Notes: generated by a model not told the origin, from the letters alone. DNA of 64,000 nucleotides from Novosphingobium sp. (GCF_040398825.1 NZ_JBBATI010000018.1:323-64322); one strand, 5' to 3'. Counted from the first letter of the stretch, positions 10,279 to 22,130 are shown. Translations and numbers: made by a program.

Positions 10279-10358
10279 CCGCTCATGCTGAGCCTGTCGA
10301 AGCATGCGCGCAAGCCTCGACCGCAGCGCGCGGCCTTCGACAGGCTCAGGCTGAGCGG
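10279..10358. repeat. intergenic inverted-repeat element (24-bp arms, 32-nt spacer) in the nuoE-nuoF spacer
   Basis: Left arm ccgctcatgctgagcctgtcgaag (10279-10302). The reverse complement of the right arm (10335-10358) is ccgctcagcctgagcctgtcgaag, so 22 of 24 positions pair. Confidence 0.85.
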
Positions 10359-10402
10359 GTTTGTTTTGGTATTGGCGCCATCATGCTGACGGGAGCCGCG
10401 CT

Positions 10403-11695
10403 GTGAGCCTCGGCGATAAGGACCGCATCTTCACCAACCTCTACGGCTATCAGCCGTGGAACCTGCCCGCCGCGCGCATGCGCGGGGATTGGGACAATAC
10501 CAAGGCGCTGATCGAGCGCGGGCGCGACACGATCATCCAGGAAATGAAGGATTCAGGCCTGCGCGGGCGCGGCGGGGCAGGGTTCCCGACCGGCATGAAA
10601 TGGTCGTTCATGCCAAAGGAATCGCGCGATGGCCGCCCCAGCTTTCTGGTCATCAACGCCGACGAATCCGAACCCGGCAGCTGCAAGGACCGCGAAATCC
10701 TGCGCCACGATCCGCACAAGCTGATCGAGGGTGCGCTGGTCGCCGGGTTTGCGATGGGTGCGCGCGCGGCCTATATCTATGTGCGCGGCGAATATATCCG
10801 TGAAGCCGAAACGCTGTTTGCCGCCGTGGCCGAAGCATACGAGGCCGGGCTGATCGGGCGTAACGCCTGCCAGTCAGGCTATGATTTCGACGTGTTCGTC
10901 CATCGCGGCGCCGGCGCCTATATTTGCGGCGAAGAAACCGCGATGATCGAAAGCCTTGAGGGCAAAAAGGGCCAGCCCCGGCTGAAACCGCCGTTCCCGG
11001 CGGGCGCCGGGCTGTACGGTTGCCCGACCACGGTCAACAATGTGGAATCGATCGCGGTTGCGCCGACCATTCTGCGGCGCGGGCCAGCCTGGTTCGCCAG
11101 CTTTGGCCGCGACAACAACAAGGGTACCAAGCTTTTCCAGATCTCCGGCCATGTTGAAAAGCCGTGCGTGGTCGAAGAAGCGATGAGCATCCCGTTCAGC
11201 GAACTGATCGAAAAGCATTGCGGCGGCATTCGCGGCGGTCGCGACAATCTGCTCGCGGTCATCCCAGGCGGATCATCGGTCCCGCTGGTGCCCGCGGCGG
11301 AAATCTGGGACGCGCCGATGGATTTTGACGGGCTGCGCGCCGTCGGATCGGGTCTGGGTACCGCGGCGGTGATCGTCATGGACAAATCGACCGACATCGT
11401 CCGCGCGATCAGCCGCCTGTCGTATTTCTACAAACACGAAAGCTGTGGCCAGTGCACCCCGTGCCGCGAAGGCACCGGCTGGATGTGGCGGATGATGGAA
11501 CGCCTGCGGGTCGGTGATGCGCAGATCGAAGATATCGATATGCTGCAAAACGTGACCAAGCAGATCGAAGGCCACACCATCTGCGCGCTGGGCGATGCGG
11601 CGGCCTGGCCGATCCAGGGCCTGATCAAACACTTCCGCCCCGAAATCGAACGCCGCATCGTGGAACGCGGTGCCTTGCAAGAGGCGGCCGAATAA
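10403..11695 (+). CDS. nuoF: NADH-quinone oxidoreductase subunit F
   Basis: GTG 10403 with GGGAG 8 nt upstream gives [15 protein letters not shown]. Motifs [41 protein letters not shown]. Confidence 0.95.
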   Translation: MSLGDKDRIFTNLYGYQPWNLPAARMRGDWDNTKALIERGRDTIIQEMKDSGLRGRGGAGFPTGMKWSFMPKESRDGRPSFLVINADESEPGSCKDREILRHDPHKLIEGALVAGFAMGARAAYIYVRGEYIREAETLFAAVAEAYEAGLIGRNACQSGYDFDVFVHRGAGAYICGEETAMIESLEGKKGQPRLKPPFPAGAGLYGCPTTVNNVESIAVAPTILRRGPAWFASFGRDNNKGTKLFQISGHVEKPCVVEEAMSIPFSELIEKHCGGIRGGRDNLLAVIPGGSSVPLVPAAEIWDAPMDFDGLRAVGSGLGTAAVIVMDKSTDIVRAISRLSYFYKHESCGQCTPCREGTGWMWRMMERLRVGDAQIEDIDMLQNVTKQIEGHTICALGDAAAWPIQGLIKHFRPEIERRIVERGALQEAAE

Positions 11696-13701
11696 TGCCC
11701 AAGCTCAAAGTAGACGGCGTCGAGCTCGAAGTCCCCGCTGGCGCCACCGTGCTGCAGGCGTGCGAGCTGGCAGGCAAGGAAATCCCGCGCTTTTGCTATC
11801 ACGAACGGCTGTCGATCGCCGGCAACTGCCGCATGTGCCTGGTCGAGGTGAAGCCCGGGCCGCCCAAGCCGCAGGCATCGTGCGCGCTGCCCGCTGCCGA
11901 GGGGCAGGACATCCGCACCGACAGCGAAATGGTCAAAAAAGCGCGCGAAGGCGTGATGGAATTTCTGCTGATCAACCATCCGCTCGATTGCCCGATCTGC
12001 GACCAGGGCGGCGAATGCGATCTGCAGGACCAGTCGGTGGCCTATGGCCGGGGATCGTCGCGCTATCACGAAGACAAGCGCGCGGTCACCGAAAAGTACA
12101 TGGGGCCTTTGATCAAGACCACCATGACTCGCTGCATCCACTGCACCCGCTGCGTGCGGTTCAGTGAGGAAATTGCCGGGGTTGACGAAATCGGCGCGCT
12201 CTATCGCGGCGAAGGTATGCAGATTTCGACCTATCTTGAGGCAGCGTCGGCCCACGAACTGTCGGCCAATGTCATCGATCTGTGCCCGGTCGGCGCGCTG
12301 ACCAGCAAGCCCTATGCGTTTGAAGCGCGGCCATGGGAATTGAAGAAGACGCTCGGCATCGACGTGTCCGACGCGATCGGTGCGAACATCCGGCTGGATT
12401 CACGCGGCCGCGAAGTGCTGCGCATCCTGCCGCGCGTGAATGATGACGTGAACGAAGAATGGCTGTCTGATCGCGCGCGCTATCTGGTCGATGGGCTCAC
12501 CCGGCGGCGGCTCGATCGGCCGTGGCTGCGCAAGGATGGCAAATTGCACGCCGTCAGCTGGGGCGAGGCGCTGGCAGCGGTCGGCAGCATCAATCCTGGC
12601 GCCGCGATTGCGGTGATCGCGGGCGACATGGTCGATTGCGAAACGCTATTTGCGGCCAAAAAACTGGCCGGCGCCATGGGATCAACCCTGCTCGAAGGGC
12701 GGCAGACCGGTCTGGCCTATGACACGTCGAACCTGGCCGCAGTGGCGTTCAACACGACGCTGGCCGGGATTGAGGATGCCGATGCGATCCTGATCTATGG
12801 CAGCCATGTGCGCGATGAAGCGCCGCTGCTCAACCCGCGCCTGCGCAAGGCGGTGAAACGCGGCGCCAAGGTCTATGTGATCGGCCCCTGGTGGGAAACC
12901 ACCTTTGCCGCAACGCATCTGGGCGATGACGCGGCGGTGATCGACGGCCTGCCCGAAGACGTCGCGTCGGTGTTCGCCAATGCCGCGCGCCCGGTGCTGA
13001 TCATCGGCGGCGGCGCGCTGGCCAAGGGCGGATTGTCATCAGGCCTGGCGTTTGCCGCCCGGTTCAATCTGGTGCGCGAAGGCTGGAACGGGTTCAACGT
13101 GTTGCATTTTGCCGCCGCGCGGATGGGCGGGCTGATGCTCGGCTATGCGCAGGCCGGCGGAATTGCCGACATCGTGGCGGCCCAGCCCAAACTGGTGATT
13201 TCACTTGGCGCCGATGAAGTCGATTGGACGCGGTTCGCCGACGCGATGATCGTGCATATCGGCCACCATGGCGACAAGGCCGCGCATGCCGCCGATGTGA
13301 TCCTGCCGGCCGCCGCGTTCAGCGAAAAGGACGGCACTTACGTTAACACCGAGGGCCGCGTGCAATATGCCGAAAAGGCGGTGTTCGCGCCCGGTGATGC
13401 GCGCGAAGACTGGACCATCCTGCGTGCGCTGGCCGATGCCTTTGGCGTCACCGTCGGCTTTGACAGCTTTGCCGAACTGCGCGCAGCGATGATTGCCGAA
13501 GTGCCCGCGCTGGGCGTCGAAGGCCTGGCGCCGTATGGCGAACTGCCCTCCGCGCCCGCGCAGGGCACGGCCGCGGGCGTGATTGCCTATGCGGTGAAGG
13601 ATCGCTACCTGACCAACGCGATCAGCCGGGCCAGCCCGACGCTGCAACGCTGTTCCGCCGAACTGATCCATGGCGTGGTTGAAGCGGAGGCCGCAGAATG
13701 A
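11695..13701 (+). CDS. nuoG: NADH-quinone oxidoreductase subunit G
   Basis: 668 aa. Fe-S motifs CYHERLSIAGNCRMCLVEV, HPLDCPICDQGGECDLQD, CIHCTRCVRF. Confidence 0.96.
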   Translation: MPKLKVDGVELEVPAGATVLQACELAGKEIPRFCYHERLSIAGNCRMCLVEVKPGPPKPQASCALPAAEGQDIRTDSEMVKKAREGVMEFLLINHPLDCPICDQGGECDLQDQSVAYGRGSSRYHEDKRAVTEKYMGPLIKTTMTRCIHCTRCVRFSEEIAGVDEIGALYRGEGMQISTYLEAASAHELSANVIDLCPVGALTSKPYAFEARPWELKKTLGIDVSDAIGANIRLDSRGREVLRILPRVNDDVNEEWLSDRARYLVDGLTRRRLDRPWLRKDGKLHAVSWGEALAAVGSINPGAAIAVIAGDMVDCETLFAAKKLAGAMGSTLLEGRQTGLAYDTSNLAAVAFNTTLAGIEDADAILIYGSHVRDEAPLLNPRLRKAVKRGAKVYVIGPWWETTFAATHLGDDAAVIDGLPEDVASVFANAARPVLIIGGGALAKGGLSSGLAFAARFNLVREGWNGFNVLHFAAARMGGLMLGYAQAGGIADIVAAQPKLVISLGADEVDWTRFADAMIVHIGHHGDKAAHAADVILPAAAFSEKDGTYVNTEGRVQYAEKAVFAPGDAREDWTILRALADAFGVTVGFDSFAELRAAMIAEVPALGVEGLAPYGELPSAPAQGTAAGVIAYAVKDRYLTNAISRASPTLQRCSAELIHGVVEAEAAE

Positions 13702-14744
13702 CGCCGTTTCTGGTACATGTCGGACTGCCGTTCGGCTGGGCCTGGGGCCTGGCCACGGTCATCGAAATCCTGCTGATTGCGCTGCCGGTGATGCTGGCGG
13801 TGGCGATGGTGATCTATGTCGATCGCAAGGTTTGGGCATCGATGGCGCTGCGCCGCGGGCCCAACGTGGTCGGGCCGTTCGGTCTGCTGCAATCGTTCGC
13901 CGACGCGATCAAGGTGTTCCTGCAGGAAACCATCATCCCGGCGGCGGCCAACAAGGCGTTGTTTCTGCTGGCGCCGGTGATCACCTTTACCGTCGCGCTG
14001 CTGGCCTGGGCGGTGATCCCGTTTGCACAAGGCGCGATCCTGGCCGACATCAATGTCGGGCTGTTGTACGTGCTCGCGGTCTCGTCGCTGGGGGTGTATG
14101 GCATCGTCATCGCCGGCTGGGCGTCGAATTCGAAATACCCGTTCTTTTCCGCGATGCGCGCCACCGCGCAGATGATCAGCTATGAAGTGTCGATCGGGTT
14201 TATCCTGGTCTGCGTGGTGCTGTGGGCGGGCAGTTTCAACATGGGCGCGATTGTCGAGGCGCAGCGCGGCTTTGGCTTTGGCCTGATCAACGGGTTCTGG
14301 TGCAGCCCACTGCTGTTCCCGGTCTGGGTGATGTTCCTGATTTCGTCGCTGGCCGAAACGCAGCGTGCACCGTTCGACCTGACCGAGGCGGAAAGCGAGC
14401 TGGTCGCCGGCTATCAGACCGAATATTCGTCGATGGCCTTTGCGCTCTACTGGCTGGGCGAATATGCCAACGTGCTGCTGATGTGCACGCTGAATGCCAC
14501 GCTGTTCTGGGGTGGCTATCTGCCGCCGCTGAACATTCCGGTGCTCTATCTCGTGCCCGGGCTGGTCTGGCTGATGCTGAAAATCTTTTTCGGCTTTCTG
14601 GTGTTCAGCTGGATCAAGGCGACCGTGCCACGGTACCGCTATGACCAGCTGATGCGGCTGGGCTGGAAAATCTTTCTGCCGCTGTCGCTTGGTTTTGTCG
14701 TGGTGATCAGCGGGTACCTTATGGCCATCGGACATTTTTCATGA
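13698..14744 (+). CDS. nuoH: NADH-quinone oxidoreductase subunit H
   Basis: 348 aa, polytopic. ND1-like [37 protein letters not shown] overlap with nuoG. Confidence 0.95.
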   Translation: MTPFLVHVGLPFGWAWGLATVIEILLIALPVMLAVAMVIYVDRKVWASMALRRGPNVVGPFGLLQSFADAIKVFLQETIIPAAANKALFLLAPVITFTVALLAWAVIPFAQGAILADINVGLLYVLAVSSLGVYGIVIAGWASNSKYPFFSAMRATAQMISYEVSIGFILVCVVLWAGSFNMGAIVEAQRGFGFGLINGFWCSPLLFPVWVMFLISSLAETQRAPFDLTEAESELVAGYQTEYSSMAFALYWLGEYANVLLMCTLNATLFWGGYLPPLNIPVLYLVPGLVWLMLKIFFGFLVFSWIKATVPRYRYDQLMRLGWKIFLPLSLGFVVVISGYLMAIGHFS

Positions 14745-15226
14745 CCGTCGCACAGATCATCAAAAGCTTCACGCTGTGGGAGTTTGTCCAGGCGCACTGG
14801 CTGACCTTGAAGTACTTCTTCAAGCCCAAGGCGACGATCAACTACCCCTATGAAAAAAACCCGATAAGCCCGCGTTTTCGCGGCGAACACGTGCTGCGCC
14901 GCTATCCCAATGGCGAAGAGCGCTGCATCGCGTGCAAATTGTGCGAAGCGGTGTGCCCGGCGCAGGCGATCACCATCGAGGCGGAGCCGCGCGCCGACGG
15001 CAGCCGCCGCACCACGCGCTATGACATCGACATGACCAAGTGCATCTTCTGCGGCTTTTGCCAGGAGGCTTGCCCGGTCGATGCCGTGGTCGAAGGGCCG
15101 AATTTTGAATATGCCACCGAAACGCGTGAGGAACTGCTGTACGACAAGGCCAAGCTGCTCGCCAACGGCGACAAGTGGGAGCGCGCAATCGCTGCCAATC
15201 TCGAAGCCGACGCCCCCTACCGGTAA
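14741..15226 (+). CDS. nuoI: NADH-quinone oxidoreductase subunit I
   Basis: Two ferredoxin-type motifs, [12 protein letters not shown] and [12 protein letters not shown]. Confidence 0.96.
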   Translation: MTVAQIIKSFTLWEFVQAHWLTLKYFFKPKATINYPYEKNPISPRFRGEHVLRRYPNGEERCIACKLCEAVCPAQAITIEAEPRADGSRRTTRYDIDMTKCIFCGFCQEACPVDAVVEGPNFEYATETREELLYDKAKLLANGDKWERAIAANLEADAPYR

Positions 15227-15238
15227 AGGGCCAGACCG

Positions 15239-15856
15239 ATGATCCAGGCAATTGCCTTTTACCTGTTCGCGACGATGATGATTGCCTCTGGCGCGATCAC
15301 CATTCTGGCGCGCAACCCGGTGCATTCGGTGCTGTGGCTGATCCTGGCGTTCTTCAACGCGGCCGGGCTGATGGTGCTGACCGGCGCCGAATTTATCGCG
15401 ATGCTGCTGGTGATTGTCTATGTCGGCGCGGTCGCGGTGCTGTTCCTGTTTGTGGTGATGATGCTCGACATCGATTTTTCCGAACTGCGCGCCGGGTTTA
15501 TCCGCAATGCGCCGCTGGGGATCATTCTGGCGGTGGTGCTGTTTGTCGAACTGTTCGTCGGCATTCTGGTGCGCAGCGCCGGCACGCTGGCGATCGGCCA
15601 TGCCGGTGGCGCTGGCGCGACGCCCGATGGGCTGTCGAACACTGCCGCGATCGGGGCGCTGCTCTATTCGCACTATCTGTTTGAATTCGAAGCGGCGGGG
15701 CTGATCCTGCTGGTGGCGATGATCGGCGCGATCGTGCTGACCCACCGCCAGCGCAGCGATACGCGCGGCCAGAACGTGTCGAAACAGGTCGCCCGCCGGC
15801 CCCAGGACGCGACCGTCAACGTCAAGCCCGCCGTGGGCAAAGGGGTGTCGCTGTGA
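15239..15856 (+). CDS. nuoJ: NADH-quinone oxidoreductase subunit J
   Basis: 205 aa. ND6-like hydrophobic N-terminal half ([48 protein letters not shown]). Confidence 0.92.
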   Translation: MIQAIAFYLFATMMIASGAITILARNPVHSVLWLILAFFNAAGLMVLTGAEFIAMLLVIVYVGAVAVLFLFVVMMLDIDFSELRAGFIRNAPLGIILAVVLFVELFVGILVRSAGTLAIGHAGGAGATPDGLSNTAAIGALLYSHYLFEFEAAGLILLVAMIGAIVLTHRQRSDTRGQNVSKQVARRPQDATVNVKPAVGKGVSL

Positions 15857-15882
15857 TGCGCACCATGTCTTTCACCTCCATA

Positions 15883-15998
15883 AAAGCCCCTCCCCTCAGG
15901 GGAGGGGTTGGGGAGGGGTGTCCCACGCCCGCAATGATGCGCGTCACATCAGCGGTGCACACCCCCACCCAACCCTCCCCCTGCAGGGGGAGGGCTTT
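15883..15998. repeat. ~115-bp nested-palindrome REP/MITE-like element, copy A (nuoJ-nuoK spacer, centre inverted relative to copies B-D)
   Basis: Arms gcccctcccctcaggggaggggttggggaggggtgt and acacccccacccaaccctccccctgcagggggagggc are reverse complements. Each arm also holds its own 9-bp hairpin, cccctcccc-N3-ggggagggg. Confidence 0.9.
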
Positions 15999-16025
15999 CA
16001 GGCCGAACAACAAGGAACTGCACGC

Positions 16026-16331
16026 ATGATCGGCATCGGCCATTACATTGCCGTCAGCGCGATCATGTTCGTGCTGGGCGTGCTGGGCATCTTTTTGAAC
16101 CGCAAGAACGTCATCGTCATCCTGATGGCGATCGAATTGATCCTGCTGTCGGTCAATATCAACTTCGTGGCGTTTTCGGCCTATCTGCACGATCTGGTCG
16201 GGCAGGTGTTCGCGATGTTCGTGCTGACCGTGGCCGCGGGTGAGGCGGCGATCGGCCTGGCCATTCTGGTCATCTATTTCCGGGGCCGGGGCACGATCGC
16301 GGTCGATGATGTCAACCGGATGAAGGGCTGA
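16026..16331 (+). CDS. nuoK: NADH-quinone oxidoreductase subunit K
   Basis: ATG 16026 chosen; the ORF-track start 15918 reads through the repeat. ND4L-like [44 protein letters not shown]. Confidence 0.93.
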   Translation: MIGIGHYIAVSAIMFVLGVLGIFLNRKNVIVILMAIELILLSVNINFVAFSAYLHDLVGQVFAMFVLTVAAGEAAIGLAILVIYFRGRGTIAVDDVNRMKG

Positions 16332-16341
16332 AAGCAAACCG

Positions 16342-18375
16342 ATGTCTGCCATCCTTATCATCGTGTTCGCCCCGCTGGTCGCGGCGATTGTCGCCGGCCT
16401 GGGCAACAAACGTCTCGGTGCGGTTCCGGCCAAGCTGATCACCACCGGTGCGCTGTTCCTGTCATGCGGGCTGTCCTGGCCGATCTTTCTGACGTTCCTG
16501 CGCGGCCATGCCCAGACCACGGTCACCCCGGTGCTGAACTGGGTCTCCTCGGGCGATCTGACATTCGCCTGGGCCTTGCAGGTTGATACGCTGACGGCGG
16601 TCATGCTGGTGGTTGTCACCAGCGTGTCGGCGCTCGTCCACCTGTACTCTTGGGGCTATATGGATGAAGACCCGGATTGCCCGCGGTTCTTTGCCTATCT
16701 GTCGCTGTTCACCTTCGCCATGCTGATGCTGGTGACCGCCAACAACCTGGTCCAGATGTTTTTCGGCTGGGAAGGGGTGGGGCTGGCGTCGTACCTGCTG
16801 ATTGGGTTCTGGTTCCGCAAACCCAGCGCCAATGCCGCCGCGATGAAGGCGTTTGTGGTCAACCGCGTCGGCGACCTGGGTTTCATGCTGGGTATTTTCG
16901 GCGTGTTTCTGGTGTTCGGCACCGTGTCGATCCCGCAGATCCTGCATATGGCGCCGGGCCTGGCCGGTTCCACCATCGGTTTCCTGGGCCAGCGCTTTGA
17001 TACCGCGACCGTGCTGTGCATTTTGCTGTTCATCGGCGCGATGGGCAAATCGGCGCAATTGGGGCTGCACACGTGGCTGCCCGACGCGATGGAAGGGCCC
17101 ACCCCGGTGTCGGCGCTGATCCATGCCGCGACGATGGTCACCGCCGGCGTGTTCATGGTCTGCCGCCTGTCGCCGCTGTTTGAACAGAGCCCCGCCGCGC
17201 TGACGTTTGTGACGGTCATCGGCGCATCGACCTGTTTCTTTGCAGCAACCATCGGCACCGCGCAGACCGATATCAAGCGCGTGATCGCCTATTCGACCTG
17301 TTCGCAGCTGGGCTACATGTTCTTCGCCGCGGGCGTCGGCGCCTATGGTGCATCGATGTTCCATTTGTTCACCCACGCCTTTTTCAAGGCGCTGCTGTTC
17401 CTCGGCGCGGGATCGGTGATCCACGCCATGCACCACGAACAGGACATGCGCTATTACGGCGGACTGTGGAAAAAGATCCCGCTGACGTTTGCGGCGATGA
17501 TGGCCGGCACGCTGGCGATCACCGGGGTCGGCATCGACGAAGTGTTCGGGTTCGCCGGGTTCTATTCCAAGGATGCGATTATCGAGGCGGCCTATGCCAA
17601 AGGCAGCCAGGTCGGCATGTTTGCGTTCGCCATGGGCGTGTTTGCCGCGCTGCTGACCAGTTTTTACAGCTGGCGGCTGGTGTACCTGACGTTCTTTGGC
17701 AAGCCGCGCTGGGACCAGTCGGAACATATCCTGCACGCGGTGCACGATGCGCATGGCCACGGCCACGACGACCATCACCACGATGATCATCATCATGTGG
17801 TCAGCGATGGCACCGCCGGCTATCACCCGCATGAAAGCCCGCTCAACATGCTTTTGCCACTAGGCGTGCTGGCGCTGGGCGCGGTGTTTGCCGGCTTTGT
17901 GTTTGCGCCAGCCTTCCTCAGCGAAGGCGCAGGCGCGTTCTGGAACGGCGCGCTGGTGTTCGATGAATCGGTGCTGCACGCCATGCACCAGGTGCCCGAA
18001 TGGGTAAAGTTCGCGCCCACCGCGGTGATGCTGACCGGGCTGGCGATCGCGACCTATGCCTATGTGATCAACCCGGCCCTGCCGGCGGCGGTGACCAGCC
18101 GGATCGGCCCGGTGTACCGTTTCGTGCTCAACAAATGGTACTTTGATGAATTGTATGCCGCGATTTTCATCCGCCCCGCCATGTGGCTGGGCCGGGTGTT
18201 CTGGAAGGTCGGCGATATCGGCATCATCGACCGGTTCGGGCCCAACGGCGCGGCCTGGGTGGTGGCGCTGGCCAGCCGTGGTGCGGTCCGGTTCCAATCC
18301 GGGTATCTTTACAGCTATGCGCTGGTCATGCTCGTCGGACTTGTCGGCGCGATCAGCTGGGTGATTGCACGATGA
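16342..18375 (+). CDS. nuoL: NADH-quinone oxidoreductase subunit L
   Basis: 677 aa. ND5-like antiporter subunit ([47 protein letters not shown]). His-rich loop at 17737-17830. Confidence 0.95.
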   Translation: MSAILIIVFAPLVAAIVAGLGNKRLGAVPAKLITTGALFLSCGLSWPIFLTFLRGHAQTTVTPVLNWVSSGDLTFAWALQVDTLTAVMLVVVTSVSALVHLYSWGYMDEDPDCPRFFAYLSLFTFAMLMLVTANNLVQMFFGWEGVGLASYLLIGFWFRKPSANAAAMKAFVVNRVGDLGFMLGIFGVFLVFGTVSIPQILHMAPGLAGSTIGFLGQRFDTATVLCILLFIGAMGKSAQLGLHTWLPDAMEGPTPVSALIHAATMVTAGVFMVCRLSPLFEQSPAALTFVTVIGASTCFFAATIGTAQTDIKRVIAYSTCSQLGYMFFAAGVGAYGASMFHLFTHAFFKALLFLGAGSVIHAMHHEQDMRYYGGLWKKIPLTFAAMMAGTLAITGVGIDEVFGFAGFYSKDAIIEAAYAKGSQVGMFAFAMGVFAALLTSFYSWRLVYLTFFGKPRWDQSEHILHAVHDAHGHGHDDHHHDDHHHVVSDGTAGYHPHESPLNMLLPLGVLALGAVFAGFVFAPAFLSEGAGAFWNGALVFDESVLHAMHQVPEWVKFAPTAVMLTGLAIATYAYVINPALPAAVTSRIGPVYRFVLNKWYFDELYAAIFIRPAMWLGRVFWKVGDIGIIDRFGPNGAAWVVALASRGAVRFQSGYLYSYALVMLVGLVGAISWVIAR

Positions 18376-19916
18376 CCGGACTTCCGCTTCTTTCGCTGAT
18401 GCTGCTGGTGCCGCTGGTCGGCGCCGTGATCAGCCTGGTTTCGGCGCGCGAAACCGCGCGGATGGTGGCCTTGATCGCCACGCTGATTGATCTGGCGCTC
18501 GGCCTGGTGCTATGGATGCATTATGACATCGGCGGCGCGCAGTGGCAGTTTCAGGAACATGCCGACCTGTTCACCGGGTTTTCGTGGAAACTGGGGATCG
18601 ATGGCATTGCGCTCACGCTGATCGCGCTGACGGTGTTCCTGATGCCGATCTGCATCGGCGCCAGCTGGAACGCGATCGAAAAGCGCGCGGGCGAATATTA
18701 CGCGGCGTTCCTGTTCATGGAAACGCTGATGATCGGCGTGTTCACCGCGCAGGACCTGTTCCTGTTCTACATCATGTTTGAGGCTGGCCTGATCCCGATG
18801 TACCTGATCATCGGCATCTGGGGCGGGGCGGAACGCATCTACGCCAGCTATAAATTCTTTCTCTACACCCTGCTCGGATCGGTGCTGATGCTGATCGCGA
18901 TGTTCTGGATGGCCAACGAGGCCGGCACCACCGATATCCCGACGCTGATGCAATACGATTTTCCGACATCGGCGCAGACCTGGCTGTTCCTGGCGTTCTT
19001 TGCCAGCTTTGCGGTCAAGATGCCGATGTGGCCTGTGCACACCTGGTTGCCCGATGCACACGTGCAGGCGCCCACGGCCGGCTCGGTGATACTGGCCGGC
19101 GTGCTGTTGAAAATGGGTGGCTATGGCTTCATCCGCTTTTCGCTGCCGATGTTCCCGATCGCGTCTGCGCATTTCGCGCCGCTGGTGTGGGGGCTGTCGA
19201 TTGCCGCGGTAGTCATCACCTCGCTGATCGCGCTGGTGCAGCACGACATGAAAAAGCTGATCGCCTATTCGTCGGTCGCGCACATGGCGATCGTCACGGT
19301 CGGGCTGTTCGCGTTCAACCGCCAGGGTCTGGAAGGATCGATGGTGGTCATGCTCAGCCACGGGCTGGTGGCGGGCGCGCTGTTTCTGGCAGTGGGCGTG
19401 ATCTATGACCGGCTGCACACCCGCGAAATTGCGCGTTATGGCGGGCTGGCGATCAACATGCCGTATTATGCGCTGTTTTTCCTGCTGTTCACGATGGCGT
19501 CGATCGGGCTGCCGGGCACCAGCGGCTTTGTCGGCGAATTCCTGTCGCTGCTGGGCATCTATCAGCAATCGAGCCTGGTCGCGCTGATCTCTACCACCGG
19601 GATCATCCTGGGCGCGGCCTATATGCTGTATCTCTATCGCCGGGTGGTGTTCGGAGTGCAGAAGCATGCGGACGCCGCGGCCATGCCCGATCTCGACATG
19701 CGCGAATGGGCGATGATGGCGCCAATGGCGGTGGCCGTGCTGTGGATGGGGGTCTATCCGGAAACCTTCATGGCGCCGATGCGCAAGGATATCGGGACGC
19801 TGGAGGCGCGGGTCGCCATCGCGAAACCCAGGGGGGATGCTGACGTGAAAACGTTTGCACGTAACGGCGCGGCAACGGCCGTCGCGCTGAATCTGCACGC
19901 GCAGGGGGTGAAGTGA
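18372..19916 (+). CDS. nuoM: NADH-quinone oxidoreductase subunit M
   Basis: ATG 18372 overlaps the nuoL stop. ND4-like [40 protein letters not shown]. Confidence 0.95.
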   Translation: MTGLPLLSLMLLVPLVGAVISLVSARETARMVALIATLIDLALGLVLWMHYDIGGAQWQFQEHADLFTGFSWKLGIDGIALTLIALTVFLMPICIGASWNAIEKRAGEYYAAFLFMETLMIGVFTAQDLFLFYIMFEAGLIPMYLIIGIWGGAERIYASYKFFLYTLLGSVLMLIAMFWMANEAGTTDIPTLMQYDFPTSAQTWLFLAFFASFAVKMPMWPVHTWLPDAHVQAPTAGSVILAGVLLKMGGYGFIRFSLPMFPIASAHFAPLVWGLSIAAVVITSLIALVQHDMKKLIAYSSVAHMAIVTVGLFAFNRQGLEGSMVVMLSHGLVAGALFLAVGVIYDRLHTREIARYGGLAINMPYYALFFLLFTMASIGLPGTSGFVGEFLSLLGIYQQSSLVALISTTGIILGAAYMLYLYRRVVFGVQKHADAAAMPDLDMREWAMMAPMAVAVLWMGVYPETFMAPMRKDIGTLEARVAIAKPRGDADVKTFARNGAATAVALNLHAQGVK

Positions 19917-21382
19917 TGAACATGCTCCCCTCACTGCTGTCGATCGCGGCTGAAGAACTGATCAGCAGCGCCACGCTGGTGCTGTTGCTGTGGGCCGCCT
20001 GGGGTGGTGACAAAGCGGCGCGGGCGATTTCGATCGCGGCGTTTGCGGTGCTGGTTGCCGCTGCCGCGCTCGCGATGCCGGCGCTGGCCGGCGGGATCGG
20101 TGGGCATGCCACGCTGGCGTTTGACGGCCATCTGAAAATGGATGCGTTTGCTGCCTTTGCCAAATTGCTGATCTATCTTGGCGCCGGGGTCACGCTGGTG
20201 ATCGCGCCGGCGTTTTTCGACCGTTCGAACGAGATGCGCGCAGAATTTCCGCTGCTGGTGCTGCTGGCGGCACTGGGCATGGGCATCATGGTGTCGGCCA
20301 ACGACATGCTGACGCTGTATATCGGCCTCGAGCTCAACAGCCTGGCTGCTTATGTGCTGGCGGCGTTCCTGCGCAGCGACGGGCGCTCGGCCGAGGCCGG
20401 GCTGAAGTATTTCGTGCTCGGCTCGCTCGCCTCGGGCATCCTGCTCTACGGCATCAGCCTGACTTATGGCTTTACCGGCACCACCAGTTTCGATGGCATC
20501 CGTGCCGCGCTGGGCGTCGGCGCGCTGTCGATAGGCGCGACATTCGGCATGGTGTTCGTGCTGGTCGGGCTAGGCTTCAAAATCAGCGCCGCGCCGTTCC
20601 ACATGTGGACGCCTGACGTTTATGAAGGCGCTCCCGCGCCGGTAACAACGTTCTTTGCCACCGCGCCAAAGGCGGCCGCGCTGGCGCTGCTGATGCGGGT
20701 CAGCCTGGATGCCTTTGGTGGCCAGCCGGGCGCGTGGCAGCAGATCGTGGTGTTTTCGGCGCTGCTGTCGGTGGTGATCGGCGCACTGGGCGCGATCGGG
20801 CAGGACAATATCAAACGCCTGCTGGCCTATTCGTCGATCAACAATGTCGGCTTTATGCTGATCGGGCTGGCGACGGGCACGCCCGCGGGCGCGTCGGCGA
20901 TGCTGGTCTATCTGGCGATCTATGTCGTCAGTTCGGTCGCGGCGTTTGTGGTGGTGTTGCAAATGCGCGATGCCCAGGGCGCGGCGGTGGAATCGATCGC
21001 CGATCTTGGTGGGCTGTCGCGCACCCGCCCCGGTCTGGCGGCAGTGCTGGCGGTGGTGATGTTCAGCCTGGCGGGCATTCCGCCGCTGTTCGGGTTCTGG
21101 GCAAAATTCGTGATCTTTCAGGCTGCGGTGCAGGCGCATCTGGTGGTGCTGGCCGGGATCGCGATTGCCGCATCGGTGATCGGCGCGTTCTATTACATCA
21201 AGGTCGTCAAGGTCATGTATTTCGACGATGTGGCTGATAAGGTGCGCGGGGGCGGCACTTTTGCCAACACCGTGCTGCTGGCGGCATCGACGCTGTTCCT
21301 GTCACCGCTGGGCTATCTGCTGACGCGCTGGCTGGGCACGCTGGCGGGCAATGCCGCGGCGGCGCTGTTCCGCCTCGGCTGA
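19916..21382 (+). CDS. nuoN: NADH-quinone oxidoreductase subunit N
   Basis: ATG 19916 (alternative GTG 19913) overlaps the nuoM stop. ND2-like FKISAAPFHMWTPDVYEGAPAPVTTFFATAPK. Confidence 0.94.
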   Translation: MNMLPSLLSIAAEELISSATLVLLLWAAWGGDKAARAISIAAFAVLVAAAALAMPALAGGIGGHATLAFDGHLKMDAFAAFAKLLIYLGAGVTLVIAPAFFDRSNEMRAEFPLLVLLAALGMGIMVSANDMLTLYIGLELNSLAAYVLAAFLRSDGRSAEAGLKYFVLGSLASGILLYGISLTYGFTGTTSFDGIRAALGVGALSIGATFGMVFVLVGLGFKISAAPFHMWTPDVYEGAPAPVTTFFATAPKAAALALLMRVSLDAFGGQPGAWQQIVVFSALLSVVIGALGAIGQDNIKRLLAYSSINNVGFMLIGLATGTPAGASAMLVYLAIYVVSSVAAFVVVLQMRDAQGAAVESIADLGGLSRTRPGLAAVLAVVMFSLAGIPPLFGFWAKFVIFQAAVQAHLVVLAGIAIAASVIGAFYYIKVVKVMYFDDVADKVRGGGTFANTVLLAASTLFLSPLGYLLTRWLGTLAGNAAAALFRLG

Positions 21383-21388
21383 TCGGGG

Positions 21389-22123
21389 TTGGCGCTGATC
21401 CATATCGAAACGGTCGCCGAAATAGCCTCGACCAACAGCGCGCTGATGGCGCGGTTGGGGGCGGGCGATGTCGCTGCGGAAGGATACTGGCTGATCGCCG
21501 ACCGGCAAAGCGCGGGGCGCGGCCGTGCCGGGCGGCAGTGGTCCGATGGCCTGGGCAATTTCATGGGATCGACCGTCGCACATATCGGCCCGGGCGACCC
21601 GCCTGCACAGACCCTGTCGCTGGTGGCCGGGGTGGCGCTGCACCGGGCGCTGGTTGCCTGCATCGGCGTGACCGCCGGCATGATCCTGAAATGGCCCAAT
21701 GATGTGCTGGTCGCCGGGGCAAAGCTGGCCGGTATCCTGCTGGAACGGCGCGCCGACGCGGTGGTGGTCGGGATCGGCGTCAATCTGGTGCAGGCGCCCG
21801 ATCTGCCCGACCGTGCGACCGTTGCGCTGGCCGGGCTGGGGCATGATCTGGCGCGTGATGCGTTTGCGCAGGCGCTGGCCGATGAATGGTCCGCCACGCT
21901 GGCGCACTGGCACGACGGTGGCTGGGCTGCACTGCGCGATGATTGGCAGGCGCGGGCGCACCCGCCGGGCACCCCGCTGTCGGCGCGCGATCCTGCGGCC
22001 GGGCTGATCGAGGGCACGTTTGCCGGGCTCGATACCAGCGGCGCAGCGCTTCTGCGCTTGGCGGATGGGTCGTGTCGTGCGATCCACGCGGGCGATATCG
22101 ACATTACGCCGTTGAAATTGTGA
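21389..22123 (+). CDS. birA: biotin--[acetyl-CoA-carboxylase] ligase, class I (no N-terminal HTH)
   Basis: TTG 21389. Blocks [15 protein letters not shown] and [19 protein letters not shown]. Confidence 0.88.
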   Translation: MALIHIETVAEIASTNSALMARLGAGDVAAEGYWLIADRQSAGRGRAGRQWSDGLGNFMGSTVAHIGPGDPPAQTLSLVAGVALHRALVACIGVTAGMILKWPNDVLVAGAKLAGILLERRADAVVVGIGVNLVQAPDLPDRATVALAGLGHDLARDAFAQALADEWSATLAHWHDGGWAALRDDWQARAHPPGTPLSARDPAAGLIEGTFAGLDTSGAALLRLADGSCRAIHAGDIDITPLKL

Positions 22124-22130
22124 GGGTCTG

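Noticed and set aside
15918-16025. N-terminal extension of nuoK (and the analogous extensions 24659-24772 and 40808-41104)
   Set aside because: The extensions are translations of the palindromic repeat elements (…[13 protein letters not shown]…, …DTPPQPLRLGEGL…). The homologue-like N-termini begin at the downstream ATGs.
17737-17830. His-rich tract [23 protein letters not shown] in NuoL as a possible insertion or metal-binding novelty
   Set aside because: As far as I recall, similar His/Asp-rich loops occur at this position in other alphaproteobacterial NuoL proteins. I treat it as a lineage-typical low-complexity loop.
13605-19934. Series of long - strand ORFs (13605-14735, 14639-15745, 16462-17832, 18510-19934) opposite nuoH-nuoM
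   Set aside because: All are antisense to polytopic nuo subunits. Their products are highly basic (R/H/Q-rich) with no motifs, the classic mirror image of hydrophobic GC-rich genes.
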